Shown piece by piece: positions 17,800-27,220 of a stretch of DNA of 47,083 nt (within the stretch, counting starts at the first letter, position 1; the number at the start of each line of letters is the position of its first letter). The notes under the pieces are model-generated. The model was not told where the DNA came from and searched no databases. It was given only the letters and a program-made list of their open reading frames with translations. Position numbers and translations under genes: made by a program. The DNA is taken from positions 1 to 47,083 of IMG/VR virus record IMGVR_UViG_3300005804_000095. One strand, 5' to 3'. The DNA comes from a virus. Taxonomy: Duplodnaviria > Caudoviricetes.

Positions 17800-19773
17800 A
17801 TGATGACCAACCTGGCTCGCAGCGTCGAAGACTACTCTTGGCTCCCATCGCCGCCGCCCCGTAAATTCAAACTCCTCCCGGGCGAAAAGGCGGTCATGCG
17901 GGCGCGTCCGGAGCAGACCTGCAGCGAGTGGGCGCACGGCAACCGCTACGTCGCCGTCGGCGCCATGCCCGGGCCCTATGATATCGACGTCACCCCCTAT
18001 GCCCGGGGCCTCCTCGACGCCTTCTCCCTTGAGTACGTCCGTGATCTTTTCCTCTGTGGCGGCTCCCAGTCAGCAAAGACCGACATTATGCATACCTGCT
18101 GGGGTTACGCCCAGGAGACTGAACCTGATCAGGCCCTCATCGTCATGCAGGACCGAGATTCCGGCAGCGAAACCATCAACGACCGCCTGATCCCCATGGT
18201 GCACAACACGCCCACGCTGCGCAAACTGCGCACCAAGAACCCCGATGACATCGCGCACCGCCGTATCCGGCTCAGGAACGGCGCTGTAACCTACCTGGCC
18301 TGGTCCAATTCAGAGGGTCGCCTCGCTTCCAAGCCCATGCGCTACGGCTTCGCCGACGAAGTCGACCTCTGGCCCGAGGCAGCCATTACCCGCTTCCGGG
18401 CGCGTTTCCGCACCTATGAATCCCTGCGCATGTCCAAAATCATCGAGGCATGCACTGCATCCACCACCACCGGCCGTATCTGGCAGGCGCAGAACCAGGC
18501 CCAGGTGATATGGGATTTCTATGCCGTGTGCCCCACCTGCGGCCACGCCCAGACTATCAAGTTCGGTCAGGTCCGCTGGCCCGAGACCATCATCGACTCC
18601 GCTGACCTGAGCGAAAAAGGCATCGCCTGGTACGAATGCGAAGGTTGCGGCTGTCGTTGGGATGAAGATGACCGCGATGAAGCCGTGACGCTTGGCGCCC
18701 AGGTTCACGATCCGCCGGCTTCATTCCATGGCTGGCGGCCGCGGGAAGGGTCGGTCCGATCTTTGCGACCGTCCAAGATATGGGCGCACATCCCTCCGCT
18801 CATCTCCCGCTTTGTCGATTTCTACAAGATTGCCGCAGCCTACCTCGAGATGCAGCTCCGCCCGACACCGGCTAACACCGTCTATTTCTGGTGCGACTGT
18901 CTGGGGCTCCCGGTCCCCGAAGACGCGGACGGTGACCTCCCCCGCGAGACAGAGCTTTACAAGACCCGGCGTGAAACCTATGCGCCTGAGGGTGCCGACT
19001 GGACCGTTCCTCTGGAAGCCTGCCTGCTCACCGCCGACGTTGACGTGCAGAGTAACCGCCTCGAATGCGAGGTAGTAGCCTGGGGCCCTGGTCATGAATG
19101 CTGGGGCCTGCAGTACAAAACCTTTCACGGCGACCCGCTCAAGGACGACCCCTTTTCGACCGACTCCGGAGTCTGGGCCCAGCTCCACAACTATCTGCAA
19201 AACGAGCGTTTCCGCCATGAATCAGGCGTTGACCTGCGCATCGTCGCTGCCGGCGTCGACATCGGCTTTGCCGCCCGCCGCGTGGCCAAGTTCGTCAGCC
19301 GTGATCGCCGCTACATAGCCCACAAGGGGAGCACCAACCCGGCCGATCCGCTTGTCCCGCGCAAGGCCAGCCAGAGCAAACACGGCGTATCCTTCTACTT
19401 GCTCGGCGTTGCTGAGGGCAAGGACACCCTGTTCGCCTGGCTCGCCTCCCCGGAAGGTTCGTGCGGCCTGCACTTCCCACAACACTACGACTTCGAATGG
19501 TTTCGGATGCTTTGCGCCGAGCACCCAGTCCGCGAAAAAGATCGCCGAACCGGCAAGATGGTCAGCGTCTGGAAACTGCGTGATGGTTACAGCCGAAACG
19601 AGGCGCTCGACATCAGGGTAGGGAACATGGCGGTCAGGGAGATATTGAATCCGAATTACGAAGCGTTGCGCGAAGCCATGAAACCCCAGCCAATACCACT
19701 CCAATCGCCGGTCGTGCAGACCAATAGGCCACAGGCGGCAAGGTTGCCGTCCTGGTTCCGGAACAGGAGATAA
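17800..19773 (+). CDS. Terminase large subunit, lambda gpA family
   Basis: TPY, SQSAKT, FADEVD, CPTCG/CEGCG, DVDVQSNR, RNEALD motifs. Confidence 0.93.
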   Translation: MMTNLARSVEDYSWLPSPPPRKFKLLPGEKAVMRARPEQTCSEWAHGNRYVAVGAMPGPYDIDVTPYARGLLDAFSLEYVRDLFLCGGSQSAKTDIMHTCWGYAQETEPDQALIVMQDRDSGSETINDRLIPMVHNTPTLRKLRTKNPDDIAHRRIRLRNGAVTYLAWSNSEGRLASKPMRYGFADEVDLWPEAAITRFRARFRTYESLRMSKIIEACTASTTTGRIWQAQNQAQVIWDFYAVCPTCGHAQTIKFGQVRWPETIIDSADLSEKGIAWYECEGCGCRWDEDDRDEAVTLGAQVHDPPASFHGWRPREGSVRSLRPSKIWAHIPPLISRFVDFYKIAAAYLEMQLRPTPANTVYFWCDCLGLPVPEDADGDLPRETELYKTRRETYAPEGADWTVPLEACLLTADVDVQSNRLECEVVAWGPGHECWGLQYKTFHGDPLKDDPFSTDSGVWAQLHNYLQNERFRHESGVDLRIVAAGVDIGFAARRVAKFVSRDRRYIAHKGSTNPADPLVPRKASQSKHGVSFYLLGVAEGKDTLFAWLASPEGSCGLHFPQHYDFEWFRMLCAEHPVREKDRRTGKMVSVWKLRDGYSRNEALDIRVGNMAVREILNPNYEALREAMKPQPIPLQSPVVQTNRPQAARLPSWFRNRR

Positions 19774-19775
19774 GC

Positions 19776-19985
19776 ATGGATAAGCCGCAGGTTTACAGAA
19801 AGCAGGAGATGATGAAAGTATCCAAAATTGCCAAGCGCTGGGGATGTTCGCGGCAACATATTTACAACCTTATAGACCGCGGCGAGCTTCCAGCGTTCCG
19901 CTTCGGAATTAGCCGCTGCCTTTTCGTGCCTTTACCTTCAGTGGAAGATTTGGAACGAAATGCAAAGTTAGACCCTGGAGCCTGA
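19776..19985 (+). CDS. Xis/MerR-like HTH_17 DNA-binding protein
   Basis: KVSKIAKRWGCSRQHIYNLIDRGELPAFRFG. Confidence 0.8.
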   Translation: MDKPQVYRKQEMMKVSKIAKRWGCSRQHIYNLIDRGELPAFRFGISRCLFVPLPSVEDLERNAKLDPGA

Positions 19986-20092
19986 CACGATATATTAAAA
20001 CAGAAATGGCCGATTCCATTGAAGAAATCGGCCATCTTGTTTTTGGTTCCCCGTCGCGGACGAACTTAGAACTTTTGATGATTTTTGAAGCA

Positions 20093-20125
20093 AGGGTACG
20101 CAACAGTTTTACGATTACGTACCCT
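20093..20125 (-). terminator. Possible terminator hairpin after ompA
   Basis: AGGGTACG...CGTACCCT inverted repeat 12 bp past the ompA stop; weak U-tract. Confidence 0.35.
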
Positions 20126-20137
20126 CCGCCCCAATCC

Positions 20138-21370
20138 CTACTTTTGTACGCAATCGAAATTGGCGACGATCCTGCGATTTTTCTGCCGTCCTTCGGCAGT
20201 TGCATTCTCAGCAACAGGTTTTGAGAAGCCGTAGCCCTTCACACCGAGCCGGGACGAGTCGATGCCGAACTTCTTCACGATATAGTTCTTGACGCTTTGG
20301 GCTCGCCGTTGAGAGAGCTTATCATTGAAAGCCTTGCCACCCCTGTTGTCGGTGTGCCCTTCGATTACCCCTTTTACATGGGGGTATTCTTGCATGAATT
20401 TTGCGACCTTGGCAATTTCGTCATGGTAGTTGACAGAGATATCGGCTTTCCCTGTCGCAAACTCGATATTCAAGGTCCTACAGAGTTGTTCCGGTGCTGG
20501 AGCCGGCTTGGCCGGGGCAGCGACGCCGACGCTCGCGGAGCTTGTTGCCTTGCCGCTCGGGCCGGTGCATATCAGAGTATAGGCGGTATCGGCTGAAGGG
20601 GTGATGTCCATGCTGCCCTGCAGTTTAACCGAGCCAATGTTCGGCTGGATATCGCATTCCGTGGCGTTTTTTGAAGTCCATTTCAAGGTGGCAGACTCCC
20701 CCTTCGTTATCGAACCAGGGGTAACAGATAGGCTTGTCGTAGGTGCTGCTGGCTGCTCCGGCGCAGGAGCTGGCGCTGCCACTGGCGCAGGAGCTGGCGC
20801 TGCCACGGGCGCAGGCGCAGTCTTGGCGCCGAAGAGGAAGTAGAGACCTGCCGTGTACTCCCAGTTGTACTTAACGCTGTTGTGGTCCTCGAAAAGGAAC
20901 TTCTGCCGGATGTCGCCGCGCAACGCAATGGAATCGGTGAGGAAATATTTAAGGCCCAGGCCTGCATTGGCGGTGGCGTCGGTGTTGCTTCCACCCGCAT
21001 TGAAGCTGGAGCCATGACCGAGCGTAATGCCACCGCCCCCCATGGCAACGTACGGTACCAGCGGTCCGTCCGGCATGAAGTTATAGAGAACATCGAGGCC
21101 ATAGGATATGGCGTTGGCGCTTCTTTCCGACCGGGTCCCGTCTGTCGCAAGGTAGGAACCGACGAGTTCGACCCCCCAGTTCTTCGTCAGGTCGTAACCG
21201 AGGCGCAGACCGTACAGAGGTGCGGTTTCCATATGCTGAACCCCGTCAAAGGTGTACCCGCCGACGAAAGGCGATACGGAGACGGCATGTGCCCTTTCTC
21301 CGGCAGCAACCGGTGCTGCCATGACGCATACGGCAGCGAGGGTCAGCATCAATTCAGAGATTCTCTTCAT
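20138..21370 (-). CDS. OmpA-family outer membrane protein (beta-barrel, Pro/Ala linker, Ig-like domain, OmpA-C peptidoglycan-binding domain)
   Basis: Signal peptide from MKRISEL (AGGAGG RBS), barrel strands, IEGHTD..N..LSQRRA..NRR. Confidence 0.9.
   Translation of the reverse strand: MKRISELMLTLAAVCVMAAPVAAGERAHAVSVSPFVGGYTFDGVQHMETAPLYGLRLGYDLTKNWGVELVGSYLATDGTRSERSANAISYGLDVLYNFMPDGPLVPYVAMGGGGITLGHGSSFNAGGSNTDATANAGLGLKYFLTDSIALRGDIRQKFLFEDHNSVKYNWEYTAGLYFLFGAKTAPAPVAAPAPAPVAAPAPAPEQPAAPTTSLSVTPGSITKGESATLKWTSKNATECDIQPNIGSVKLQGSMDITPSADTAYTLICTGPSGKATSSASVGVAAPAKPAPAPEQLCRTLNIEFATGKADISVNYHDEIAKVAKFMQEYPHVKGVIEGHTDNRGGKAFNDKLSQRRAQSVKNYIVKKFGIDSSRLGVKGYGFSKPVAENATAEGRQKNRRIVANFDCVQK
20760..20807. 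repeat. 24-bp tandem duplication in the OmpA linker
   Basis: GGCGCAGGAGCTGGCGCTGCCAC(T/G) x2, encoding VAAPAPAP x2. Confidence 0.8.
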
Positions 21371-21595
21371 TATCTTCCTCCTTAAAATAAGTTTGGCGTA
21401 AATGCCATGTAGAAAGCTCAACTGCTCCATGACACTTTGCGCATTTGGCCTCAATAGGCCCCCGTCGGTTCTGCTGCCGCCGGCTGCCGTGTCATTGCTG
21501 GCAATGGGGAACCGGTGCCATCCGTGTGCTTTTTGACATGTCAGCGCATCAGCGAGGTGAGCAGCATCCCGTCAGCATCTTTTTTATGTTTCTTC

Positions 21596-21835
21596 TTATT
21601 TCCGGTTGATGTTCGACAGAATTAAAAGGGAATCAGGAGGGCGTGTTCGGTCGGCTAGTTCTTTCTGGGTAATTCCGTCAAATTCACCCAGTCTGCTCAA
21701 TATAAACCCTTGTTCGGGCGATAGACCGAAAGGTTTGAGCCGTCTGGATGTCTCCGTTCTGATTTTGAGCGCAGTACTGCTGATTATAAAACCCAGGGAC
21801 TTGTCCTGTTGCAACTCCATGAAATCCTTCATCAT
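21596..21835 (-). pseudogene. Truncated MarR-family regulator
   Basis: SLGFII...LKPFGLSPEQGFILSRL...GITQKELADRT, then unrelated sequence; recognition helix and wing missing. Confidence 0.7.
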
Positions 21836-21849
21836 TCGGTAATCGACTA

Positions 21850-21867
21850 TAATTGTTTAGACAATTA
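21850..21867. promoter_or_regulatory. Palindromic MarR-type operator
   Basis: TAATTGT-TTAG-ACAATTA just upstream of the marR fragment. Confidence 0.5.
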
Positions 21868-22242
21868 CTGTCAAGGCAATACATTAATCCATGCCCTAAG
21901 CTCTCAATTCAATTAAATAATATTTTCCCACGGGTGACCACAGCTATTATATTCTGTACTGAAAAGCGAAAGACGTTGATTGCCCAGTTGTATAACCGAG
22001 GGAAGGAGGTGACATATAGAGATTAGTTTCTAGCGAGAAAGACGAGGGTATGTGACTTGGGTTGAAAGCAAGACCTATCGTAAGTTCCCACGCCAACACG
22101 ATAATTGGAATAATAGCTGTGATGGAAATGTCCTTTTTTTGCTTCGTGATAAGGTAGGGTAGATATAACAATCGGGGAGCATTTGCGTTTTTTGGGGTTA
22201 TAGAACCGAACAATTATAAAATAACAACAGATTGTAAGAAAA

Positions 22243-22310
22243 CTGTCAAATCTGTCAAAACTGTCCACCATGTCCATGACTTGGTGGATTTTTTTTGCCA
22301 TTCTCCCCCC
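22243..22310 (+). promoter_or_regulatory. Putative activator-dependent late promoter with four 9-bp direct repeats
   Basis: CTGTCAAAT CTGTCAAAA CTGTCCACC ATGTCCATG, then -10-like CATTCT 6 bp before ATG 22311; no RBS. Confidence 0.5.
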
Positions 22311-22544
22311 ATGGCAATCTTCACCCTCGCGGAAATCGAATCACAGTTTACCACCTGGAAGGCAGCCCTCCTCGCCTGTGCCGGTGGCCAGAGCTTCCGG
22401 ATAAGTAACGGCGTCACCGATCGCACGTACACTCGGGCGGACCTCCCGGAAATCCGCAAAACCCTCGAATGGCTGGAAGGCGAGAGGCAGAAGTTGACCA
22501 TCGGTTCAGGCCCGCAATTCCTTGTCGGGAGGCCCAGGCGATGA
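22311..22544 (+). CDS. Head-tail joining protein, gpW-like
   Basis: GQSFRI....RTYTRADL..IR motif; immediately before the portal gene. Confidence 0.8.
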   Translation: MAIFTLAEIESQFTTWKAALLACAGGQSFRISNGVTDRTYTRADLPEIRKTLEWLEGERQKLTIGSGPQFLVGRPRR

Positions 22545-24070
22545 GTCATGGCGTGCGTATAGGCAAGACCTACCTTGGCACCCGTGCCCAAGCCGCATAC
22601 CAGAAGGCAATGGGCAGCATGGTCTCGCGCACCGCCGGCGGCGCCACCGGGACAATGTCCAACTGGTCGCCCCGGCGTCTGTCCTGGCCCGAGGAAGCCA
22701 GGCAGCGGGAGGCCATCGCCAACCGGGCCAACGACCTGGCCCTGAACAACGCCCACGGCTCCAGCCTCATCGACTCCATTGCCATCAATACCGTTGGGGT
22801 CGGTCTCTGGCCCCAGAGCAAGCCCAATCATAAGCGCCTCGGCATCAGCGAGACCCAGGCTCGCGACGTTGCCGAGCAGATGGAATGGGAGATGGAACAG
22901 TGGTCCCGTGAGGCGGACGCCACCGCCGCGACTCCCGAGACTGCCACCGCCGATTTTTACGGCATCCAGTTCCAGAACATCTGGGGGATGCTGGTCAACG
23001 GCGAGTTCCTAAACCTTCCCCTGATGCTGGACCGCCCCGGCCGGCGCTACTCCCTGGCCCTGCAGACCGTGGACCCGATCCGGCTACGCTCCCCCTTGGG
23101 GATGACCACCGTCAAGGACGTCCGCGACGGTATCCGTTACGGCTCCATCGGCGAGCCCGCAGGTTATTTCCTGGCGGATCCGGAAGACGGACGCTTCACC
23201 ACCGCCCTGGATTTGCGCCATTTCCGGTACGTCACCCCGGCCTCCGGACATCGGCCCAATATCATCCACCGTTTCCACAAGAAGCTGCCCGAGCACAAGC
23301 GCGGGCTCTCCATCCTCGGTCCGGGCATGAAGTTCTTCCGCGACATGTCCGACTATCTCGACTTCGAGCTGGTGGGCGCCATCGTCGCGGCGAGTTTCCC
23401 GGTCTTCATCGGCAAGGGGACGTCTCAATACGATGCGGTGGAACGGTTAGGCCAACAGCCAACCGAAACCGACCGGACACGCTACCAGGAAGTAATTCCC
23501 GGCACGGTCATGTATGGAAACTACGGCGAGAAGCCGGAGATCCTCAAGAACGAGCGGCCCGGCAACTCCTTCCCGGTGTTCATCGAGACTATCCTGCGGG
23601 CCGTCGGCGCCGCCGCCGGCATGCCGTACGAGGTCATTGCCAAGGATTTCAGCAAGACCAATTACAGCAGCGCGCGTGCTGCCCTCGAAGAGGCCTGGCG
23701 CGTGTTCGGTATGTACCAGGACTGGCTGGTCACCCACTTCTGCCAGCTCATCTGGTCCATGGTCTTTGAAGAAGCCTGGCTGCGCGGGTACATCCGGCTC
23801 CCGAAGGGCGCCCCGGATTTCTATCAGGCCCGGGCCGCGTGGACCGCCGCCAGCTGGGTCATGCCCGAGCGCACCAACCTGGACCCGGTCAAGGAGATAA
23901 CCGCCGCCATCCTCGGCAAGCGGAACAACATGCTCACAGACGCCGAATACGCGGCCAAGCGCGGCAAGGATTGGGAGGCCATCTACGAGCAGCGGAGCCG
24001 AGAGCGTCAAAGGGCGCGCGACCTGGAGCTCCCCGAAGACAGCGGTACCAGCAAGCCGAGCATCAACTAA
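22541..24070 (+). CDS. Portal protein, lambda family
   Basis: RANDLALNN, RGLSIL, DFSKTNYSSARAAL, LDPVKE; ATGA overlap start. Confidence 0.93.
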   Translation: MSHGVRIGKTYLGTRAQAAYQKAMGSMVSRTAGGATGTMSNWSPRRLSWPEEARQREAIANRANDLALNNAHGSSLIDSIAINTVGVGLWPQSKPNHKRLGISETQARDVAEQMEWEMEQWSREADATAATPETATADFYGIQFQNIWGMLVNGEFLNLPLMLDRPGRRYSLALQTVDPIRLRSPLGMTTVKDVRDGIRYGSIGEPAGYFLADPEDGRFTTALDLRHFRYVTPASGHRPNIIHRFHKKLPEHKRGLSILGPGMKFFRDMSDYLDFELVGAIVAASFPVFIGKGTSQYDAVERLGQQPTETDRTRYQEVIPGTVMYGNYGEKPEILKNERPGNSFPVFIETILRAVGAAAGMPYEVIAKDFSKTNYSSARAALEEAWRVFGMYQDWLVTHFCQLIWSMVFEEAWLRGYIRLPKGAPDFYQARAAWTAASWVMPERTNLDPVKEITAAILGKRNNMLTDAEYAAKRGKDWEAIYEQRSRERQRARDLELPEDSGTSKPSIN

Positions 24071-24092
24071 GCACCCAAGGGGGAAAACGGAA

Positions 24093-25163
24093 ATGCAGCA
24101 TAAATGGTTCGAAATAAAAGGTAAGGCCGGCACCGGAAGGTCTGAAATATACATCTATGGCGTCATCGTTGATTACAAATGGGATGAGGAAGATACGTCC
24201 GCGAGAGAATTTATCGATGCTCTCAAAGGCCTTGGGGACATTGATCTGCACATAAATAGCCCAGGGGGTAGTGTCTGGGCGGCAAATGCTATCTATAACG
24301 CCCTGCTGCGCCACCAGGGGCGCATAGATGTCTATGTTGACGGCCTAGCTGCCTCATCAGCTTCGCTCATCGCCATGGCCGGAAGAATCATCATGCCGGC
24401 CAACGCGATGATTATGATCCATGACCCATGGTCGTTCGCGATCGGGACGGCATCGGAAATGCGCAAGGCGGCTGAGATGCTCGACAAGAGTAAAGAGGGG
24501 ATGATCGCGGCGTACAAAAACAAGTCTGGCAAAGACGAAGCGGAAATCTCCAGCCTCATGTCGGCCGAAACTTGGCTTACCGCCGCCGAGGCAGTTGCCA
24601 TGGGCTTCGCGGACGAAATGGAGGAACCCGTTCAAATGGCGGCCTATTTCGACCTGTCGCGCTATCGCAATGTGCCGGCAGCGATGAAAACACCTCCCAA
24701 GGGGGAGGATTACAACCATACCTCGAAAGGAGGGAGTTCAATGAAGAAGACTGTTCCTGAGTTAATAAATGAACACCCCGACCTGGTGGCTGATATAGAG
24801 CAGGCCGCCCGGTCGGGCATGGTGGCCCAGGCCGACGCGACCCAGGTCACGGCCGAGGCCGTAGCCGCCGAGCGGTCCCGCATCCTTGGACTGCACGCTG
24901 CAACCCATGGCGAAGAGGCGGGCAACAAATTCGCCGCCGTGGTCGCCGCCGGGCTCGATGCCGAACAGGCAACCGCCCTGGGAATTACCATCGGAGCAAC
25001 GGCAACACTTGAAACCACCCTTGACGAGACATCCCGCGCGGCCATCCTGCAGGGGCTCAAGGATGCGGCCCCGGAAGGGCTGAAAGGCGCACAGCCGACG
25101 GGCGAACAGGCCGAGCGTGCAGCTGCCGTTTCCGCCATCGCCGCCGGCGGCAGTAGGAAATAA
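24093..25163 (+). CDS. ClpP-type head maturation protease fused to scaffold domain
   Basis: INSPGG, DGLAASSAS, MIHDP, ETWLTAAEAVAMGFAD. Confidence 0.9.
   Translation: MQHKWFEIKGKAGTGRSEIYIYGVIVDYKWDEEDTSAREFIDALKGLGDIDLHINSPGGSVWAANAIYNALLRHQGRIDVYVDGLAASSASLIAMAGRIIMPANAMIMIHDPWSFAIGTASEMRKAAEMLDKSKEGMIAAYKNKSGKDEAEISSLMSAETWLTAAEAVAMGFADEMEEPVQMAAYFDLSRYRNVPAAMKTPPKGEDYNHTSKGGSSMKKTVPELINEHPDLVADIEQAARSGMVAQADATQVTAEAVAAERSRILGLHAATHGEEAGNKFAAVVAAGLDAEQATALGITIGATATLETTLDETSRAAILQGLKDAAPEGLKGAQPTGEQAERAAAVSAIAAGGSRK
24741..25163 (+). CDS. Nested in-frame scaffolding protein (Nu3-like)
   Basis: In-frame ATG preceded by AAGGAGGGAG; Ala-rich helical product with AERSRI motif. Confidence 0.6.
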   Translation: MKKTVPELINEHPDLVADIEQAARSGMVAQADATQVTAEAVAAERSRILGLHAATHGEEAGNKFAAVVAAGLDAEQATALGITIGATATLETTLDETSRAAILQGLKDAAPEGLKGAQPTGEQAERAAAVSAIAAGGSRK

Positions 25164-25224
25164 AGAAAACAGGTCGGGAGAGAATGTCTCCAGGCCGCTC
25201 AAACAATTACGGAGGAACAAGCCA

Positions 25225-25578
25225 ATGACTGAAACCTACACCCCTGACAACCTGCTCGCCGGCGACTACCCAGCGGTCACCGACATCGTCACCATCCTGA
25301 GCGGCGAAAACCTCGCTCGAGGCACCTGCCTCGGCAAAATCACCGCATCCGGAAAGCATGTCATCGTCAACAGCGCCGGTACCGACGACGGCCGCCGTGC
25401 TCCGGTCGCCATCCTGGCAGAGGACTGCGACGCCTCGGGAGGCGATGCGCAGGCCGTGGTCTATCTTTCGGGATCCTTCAACGAGTCGGCCGTTACCTTC
25501 GGCGGAACCGATACGACCGCGACCCACCGGGCGGCCTTGCGGGATCTGAACATCTATCTCAAGACAGCGGTCGCCTAA
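25225..25578 (+). CDS. Head decoration protein, gpD-like
   Basis: YTPDNLLAG, LARGTCLGKITASGK, AILAED; GGAGG RBS. Confidence 0.88.
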   Translation: MTETYTPDNLLAGDYPAVTDIVTILSGENLARGTCLGKITASGKHVIVNSAGTDDGRRAPVAILAEDCDASGGDAQAVVYLSGSFNESAVTFGGTDTTATHRAALRDLNIYLKTAVA

Positions 25579-25636
25579 GGCGAATTTTCACAATCAGATT
25601 TCACCCTTCACTCATTTTTCATGGAGGTCACAAACA

Positions 25637-26833
25637 ATGAAACGACATTATCTCTTCTCTATCGCCATCTGGGGGCTGCTGTTGTTCGCGGCAGTGCTCT
25701 GTTTCCATCCGGCCCCGGCCATGGCCGCCCGCTCCGCAGGCGAAGCATCCCTTTTCCCGCTCCTTGCATTCGGCCTCATCGACATCTTTGATACCCGCAC
25801 CATGCTCGACGCCGTTGAGCAGATGAAGCGGCCGTTCACCTTCCTGCGCGACACCTTCTTCCCTGCCGCCACCCCGGTCGAGACCGAAACCGTGGACGTG
25901 GATATCGTCAAGGGCAAGCGCCGCATGGCCCCGTTCTGTTCCCCGATTTCCGAAGGCAAGCTGGTAGAAAACCTTGGCTTCAGTACTTCGACCATCAAGC
26001 CGGGCTATATCAAGCCGTTCATGATCACCACTGCCGCCGATCTGCTCAAGCGTGCCCCTGGCCAGACCCTCTATTCCGGCGGGCAGACCATTGAACAGCG
26101 TGCCCAGGCCAAGCTCGGCCAGGACCTCGCCACCCTGATGGACATGATCGACCGCCGCGAAGAGTGGATGGCGGCCAAGGCTCTCGACCTGGGCAAGATT
26201 ACCATGAAAATCAAAGGCGACACTGCCGACAAGACCGTCGAGGTCGACTTCCTCATGGCTTCGACCCACAAAATTACCCTCTCCGGCAACGATCTCTGGA
26301 GCGACACCGCCAACAGCGACCCGATCGCCAAGCTCCAGGCCTGGGCCAGCCTCATCAGGCAGGATTCCGGCATCAACCCCACCGACGTGGTCATGGGCAC
26401 CGCTGCGGCCGCAGCCTTCACCAATCATCCCAAGGTCCAGAAGGTCATGGACATGCGGGCGGTGGACATGGGCGAAATCAAGCCGCGTCAGCTCCCGAAC
26501 GGCGTTTCGTATCTTGGCCGGATCAGCGCCGCAGGTCTCTCCGTGGATGTCTGGACCTATGAGGAGTGGTATCTGGACGAAGACACCGGCACCGAATCCC
26601 CGATGGTCCCGGCCAAAAAGGTTTGGATGGGCAGCCCCAATACCGCCAACCGCACCCTCTACGCGGTTATCCAGGACATGGAGGCCATTGAGGAAGGCTC
26701 GGCCGCAGTCAGCCGTTTCCCGAAATCGTGGGTACCAAAGAACCCCTCGGCCCGTCACATCATGGTTCAGTCCGCGCCACTGGTCGCCCTGCTGCAGCCG
26801 GACGCCTTTGTTTCCGCGCAGGTCCTGTCGTAA
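25637..26833 (+). CDS. Major capsid protein, gpE family, with N-terminal signal-peptide-like extension
   Basis: FLRDTFF, RRMAPF, RREEWMAA, QSAPL; GGAGG RBS before ATG 25637. Confidence 0.92.
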   Translation: MKRHYLFSIAIWGLLLFAAVLCFHPAPAMAARSAGEASLFPLLAFGLIDIFDTRTMLDAVEQMKRPFTFLRDTFFPAATPVETETVDVDIVKGKRRMAPFCSPISEGKLVENLGFSTSTIKPGYIKPFMITTAADLLKRAPGQTLYSGGQTIEQRAQAKLGQDLATLMDMIDRREEWMAAKALDLGKITMKIKGDTADKTVEVDFLMASTHKITLSGNDLWSDTANSDPIAKLQAWASLIRQDSGINPTDVVMGTAAAAAFTNHPKVQKVMDMRAVDMGEIKPRQLPNGVSYLGRISAAGLSVDVWTYEEWYLDEDTGTESPMVPAKKVWMGSPNTANRTLYAVIQDMEAIEEGSAAVSRFPKSWVPKNPSARHIMVQSAPLVALLQPDAFVSAQVLS

Positions 26834-26838
26834 GAACG

Positions 26839-26858
26839 GGGCGGCCTCCGGGCCGCCC
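26839..26858 (+). terminator. GC hairpin after the capsid gene
   Basis: GGGCGGCC-TCCG-GGCCGCCC; no U-tract. Confidence 0.4.
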
Positions 26859-26890
26859 TCAACCCGATTACTCAAGAGGGAGACCGTACC

Positions 26891-27205
26891 ATGTCTGAAT
26901 CCGAGAAAATAAAGCTCATCGCTTTGGGACGCATAGAAGCCGACGGCGAAATATACAACCCTGGAGATCCGTTTGAGTGCGAGGAGACTGAAGCCCGGCG
27001 GCTCATCGGTCTTGAGGCGGCACGGCTGCCGATACCTCAGCAGCTTGCTGAACTGGCGCCGGAACAGCCGGATGACGACCTGCTCTCGAAAATAGCTGCA
27101 GCCGCCACTTACGAGGAAGTCCTTGCCCTCATGCCGGAAGAGGAGCCCCCTGCCGAGATTGCGGCCGCCTTCGAGGAGAAGCTTGCTGAATTGAAAGACA
27201 AATAA
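26891..27205 (+). CDS. Acidic phage head-associated protein (gpFI-position)
   Basis: I..DG..Y.PGD.F....EA.RL...A motif after the capsid gene; GAGGGAG RBS. Confidence 0.6.
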   Translation: MSESEKIKLIALGRIEADGEIYNPGDPFECEETEARRLIGLEAARLPIPQQLAELAPEQPDDDLLSKIAAAATYEEVLALMPEEEPPAEIAAAFEEKLAELKDK

Positions 27206-27220
27206 CCCTTGGGAGACGCC

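Noticed and set aside
21456-21595. Cyclic-dinucleotide (GEMM) riboswitch in the ompA leader
   Set aside because: GC-rich and possibly structured, but I could not find the GEMM consensus elements; an Infernal scan would decide.
21947-22301. Short minus-strand ORFs in the AT-rich moron flank
   Set aside because: No RBS or recognisable domain; more likely remnant or promoter DNA.
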